A stretch of DNA of 64,000 nt from Hypanus sabinus (taxonomy: Eukaryota), in contig NC_082711.1 of assembly GCF_030144855.1 (NCBI RefSeq), forward strand, positions 70,742,001 through 70,806,000, given 5' to 3'. The notes beneath the pieces were generated by a model. It saw nothing but the letters and a program-made list of their open reading frames with translations. It searched no databases and was not told the DNA's origin. A program made the position numbers and the translations under genes. Shown one piece after another: positions 62,316 through 64,000 of this stretch. The number at the start of each line of letters is the position of its first letter. Position 1 is the first letter of the stretch.

Positions 62316-64000
62316 GAGCTCGGAAGTCTGTTAAGATGGTCCTTGGACTGGGTCTTCAGAGACGCCTCACCAGACACTTCTTCCTTGCAACCAGTTAGAT
62401 CAATTTTCCCTCTCATTACAGCATAGCTAGTATGGGACAGGACTCTAGTCAAATGCAAACCAATTTGGGTCAGTTTCCCTGAAGCCACTGGGAACTCGAA
62501 GTTTAATGTAAAATTGGATTTGTGGGCCCAAGTGAGGCACTGCATGGTGTGGAAGGTAAGAGAGGTTTCCAGATCTATTTTCATAAGCATAATCTGGAAA
62601 TTGGAATTAAAAGCAAAAATGCAGTCAACAGTTAATAGGTCACTTCATATCCACAATGCAAAGAAAGTTACATCACATTGATAGACTTGTTGATCATCAA
62701 TCCGAAATATTCACCGTACCTTTCTCTACCCATATATGCTGCACGACTTGCTAAGTAGTTCCTATACTCATCAAGTCCAGAAAAACACAACAAACAAGTA
62801 CAAGTATACGAGTGCAAAGAAAACTGAAGATTTGGTAATTTACTCTATGCGATTACTTTATTAGATGTACTGGTCATCAAGATAAATCATAGAACACCTT
62901 CCTCTACTAGAGATCCATTAATATCTCATACTGAGCATTAATATTTGTGGCTTTCAGCTTATATATACAAAGGGTTCAGAAACCCATTTCTGGTAATGAA
63001 CAGAAATATAGAATCATAGAACTTAATTATATAGTAGAAGGCCATTTAATCGCTCAAGTACCATTACTAGTACAATCTTCTGATGGTTTTAAATAAAAGG
63101 AAATTGCATTTCATAGAAAAATGGGAATGGACTAAATATTACGTATTTCTTGTGTAAGGGATTAGATTGAGTGAAGCTTATTGTGAGCAAAATATATACT
63201 AATGTAACTGGGAAGTTAAAAGAGATTCTAACCTTTGATGCTAAAGTCAATAAAATGCCAATAAACTGAAAAAAACCCCTGATCAAATAGATATTTATTA
63301 TTAACAGAATATTGTCTGTGAAGTCTCACCATGGGAGCTGAGATTCATTTGTAATCATTAATTCTATCCATAAGCTCAAATTTCTATGGCTATTTTTCAA
63401 GTGGTTTTCCTCAGATATGTCTCTATAGTTACATTCCTGCACTGAATCAGAAGGTTAAGGGGCTAAACCAATCGCAGAGGCTGAAACTACAGTACAGCAC
63501 TTAGGCAGTGTTGCCATGTTGGAGACATCATTTGTTTAGTCATGCTGAAGAACCCATAGAACTACTTCAAAACAGAGTTCTGCCTTCCTGTCATTCCAGC
63601 CACATTTACCAAACCCTCCCCTTCCCACCCACCCACACACATTATCTGGCCATTGTCACAATACTCATGGTAGGATTTTACCATTTGTAAATTGGGTGAC
63701 TTACTTACAATAGTGGATATATGTCAGATTGCTTTGGGATATAATAACCTTATACAAGATGAACTGTTACTTGTTGCTCATCTTGATAGTGAAGAATTTT
63801 GAATGGAATCAAAAATACAAAAAAGTTTAATATTTTAAATTCAATTTAAAGCTTCAGACAATCCAAAATGGTTATAATTACACATATTCAACCAAGGGTC
63901 AGGGGTTCACATCACAAAATAAGCTGGCTTTCCTGTTTAGAGCTCTTTACTTACTAAGCATTTATGCCAGAGGTATCAGTGTTGGAAAATGCGACTTCTT

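Noticed and set aside
62422-62555. Exon-like segment with acceptor TTTTCCCTCTCATTACAG and donor AAG|GTAAGA
   Set aside because: Stop codons in all three frames; at most a non-coding exon, unsupported without RNA data.

Overview
AT-rich vertebrate DNA dominated by transposon remnants. The repeat mix (many CR1 LINE subfamilies, Rex1/Babar LINEs, Penelope terminal repeats, V-domain tRNA-derived SINEs, RTE-clade LINEs, Tigger and Tc1 derivatives, solo LTRs) suggests a cartilaginous fish, probably a ray; this is inference from recalled repeat types, not a database match. I find no host protein-coding exon. The ORFs I can recognise are retroelement or transposase fragments or their antisense shadows, so the window is intergenic or lies in a very long intron. 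CR1 copies occur on both strands without obvious bias. Best-supported structures: a near-full-length young CR1 (17616-21587; zinc-finger/SGNH-esterase ORF1, EN-RT ORF2) inside a multi-layer nest; two solo LTRs with perfect TSDs; a Tigger derivative; an RTE-clade LINE with an 11-bp TSD. Most interesting observations: (i) minimal hammerhead-ribozyme cores in two different Penelope-type repeats, some in TSD-flanked fold-back mini-elements; (ii) a composite Tc1-type MITE made of two ~66-bp TIR hairpins bracketing a captured Rex/Babar 3' tail, present twice; (iii) a Rex/Babar copy with twin-priming-like 5'-inversion geometry; (iv) a candidate recursive splice site (pyrimidine tract-CAG|GTAAGT) at 29043; (v) a Pbx-Hox/Meis motif cluster in unique DNA near 9.75 kb. 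I cannot support a wholly new system from sequence alone. Family assignments come from recognised motifs, and the boundaries of old elements are approximate.
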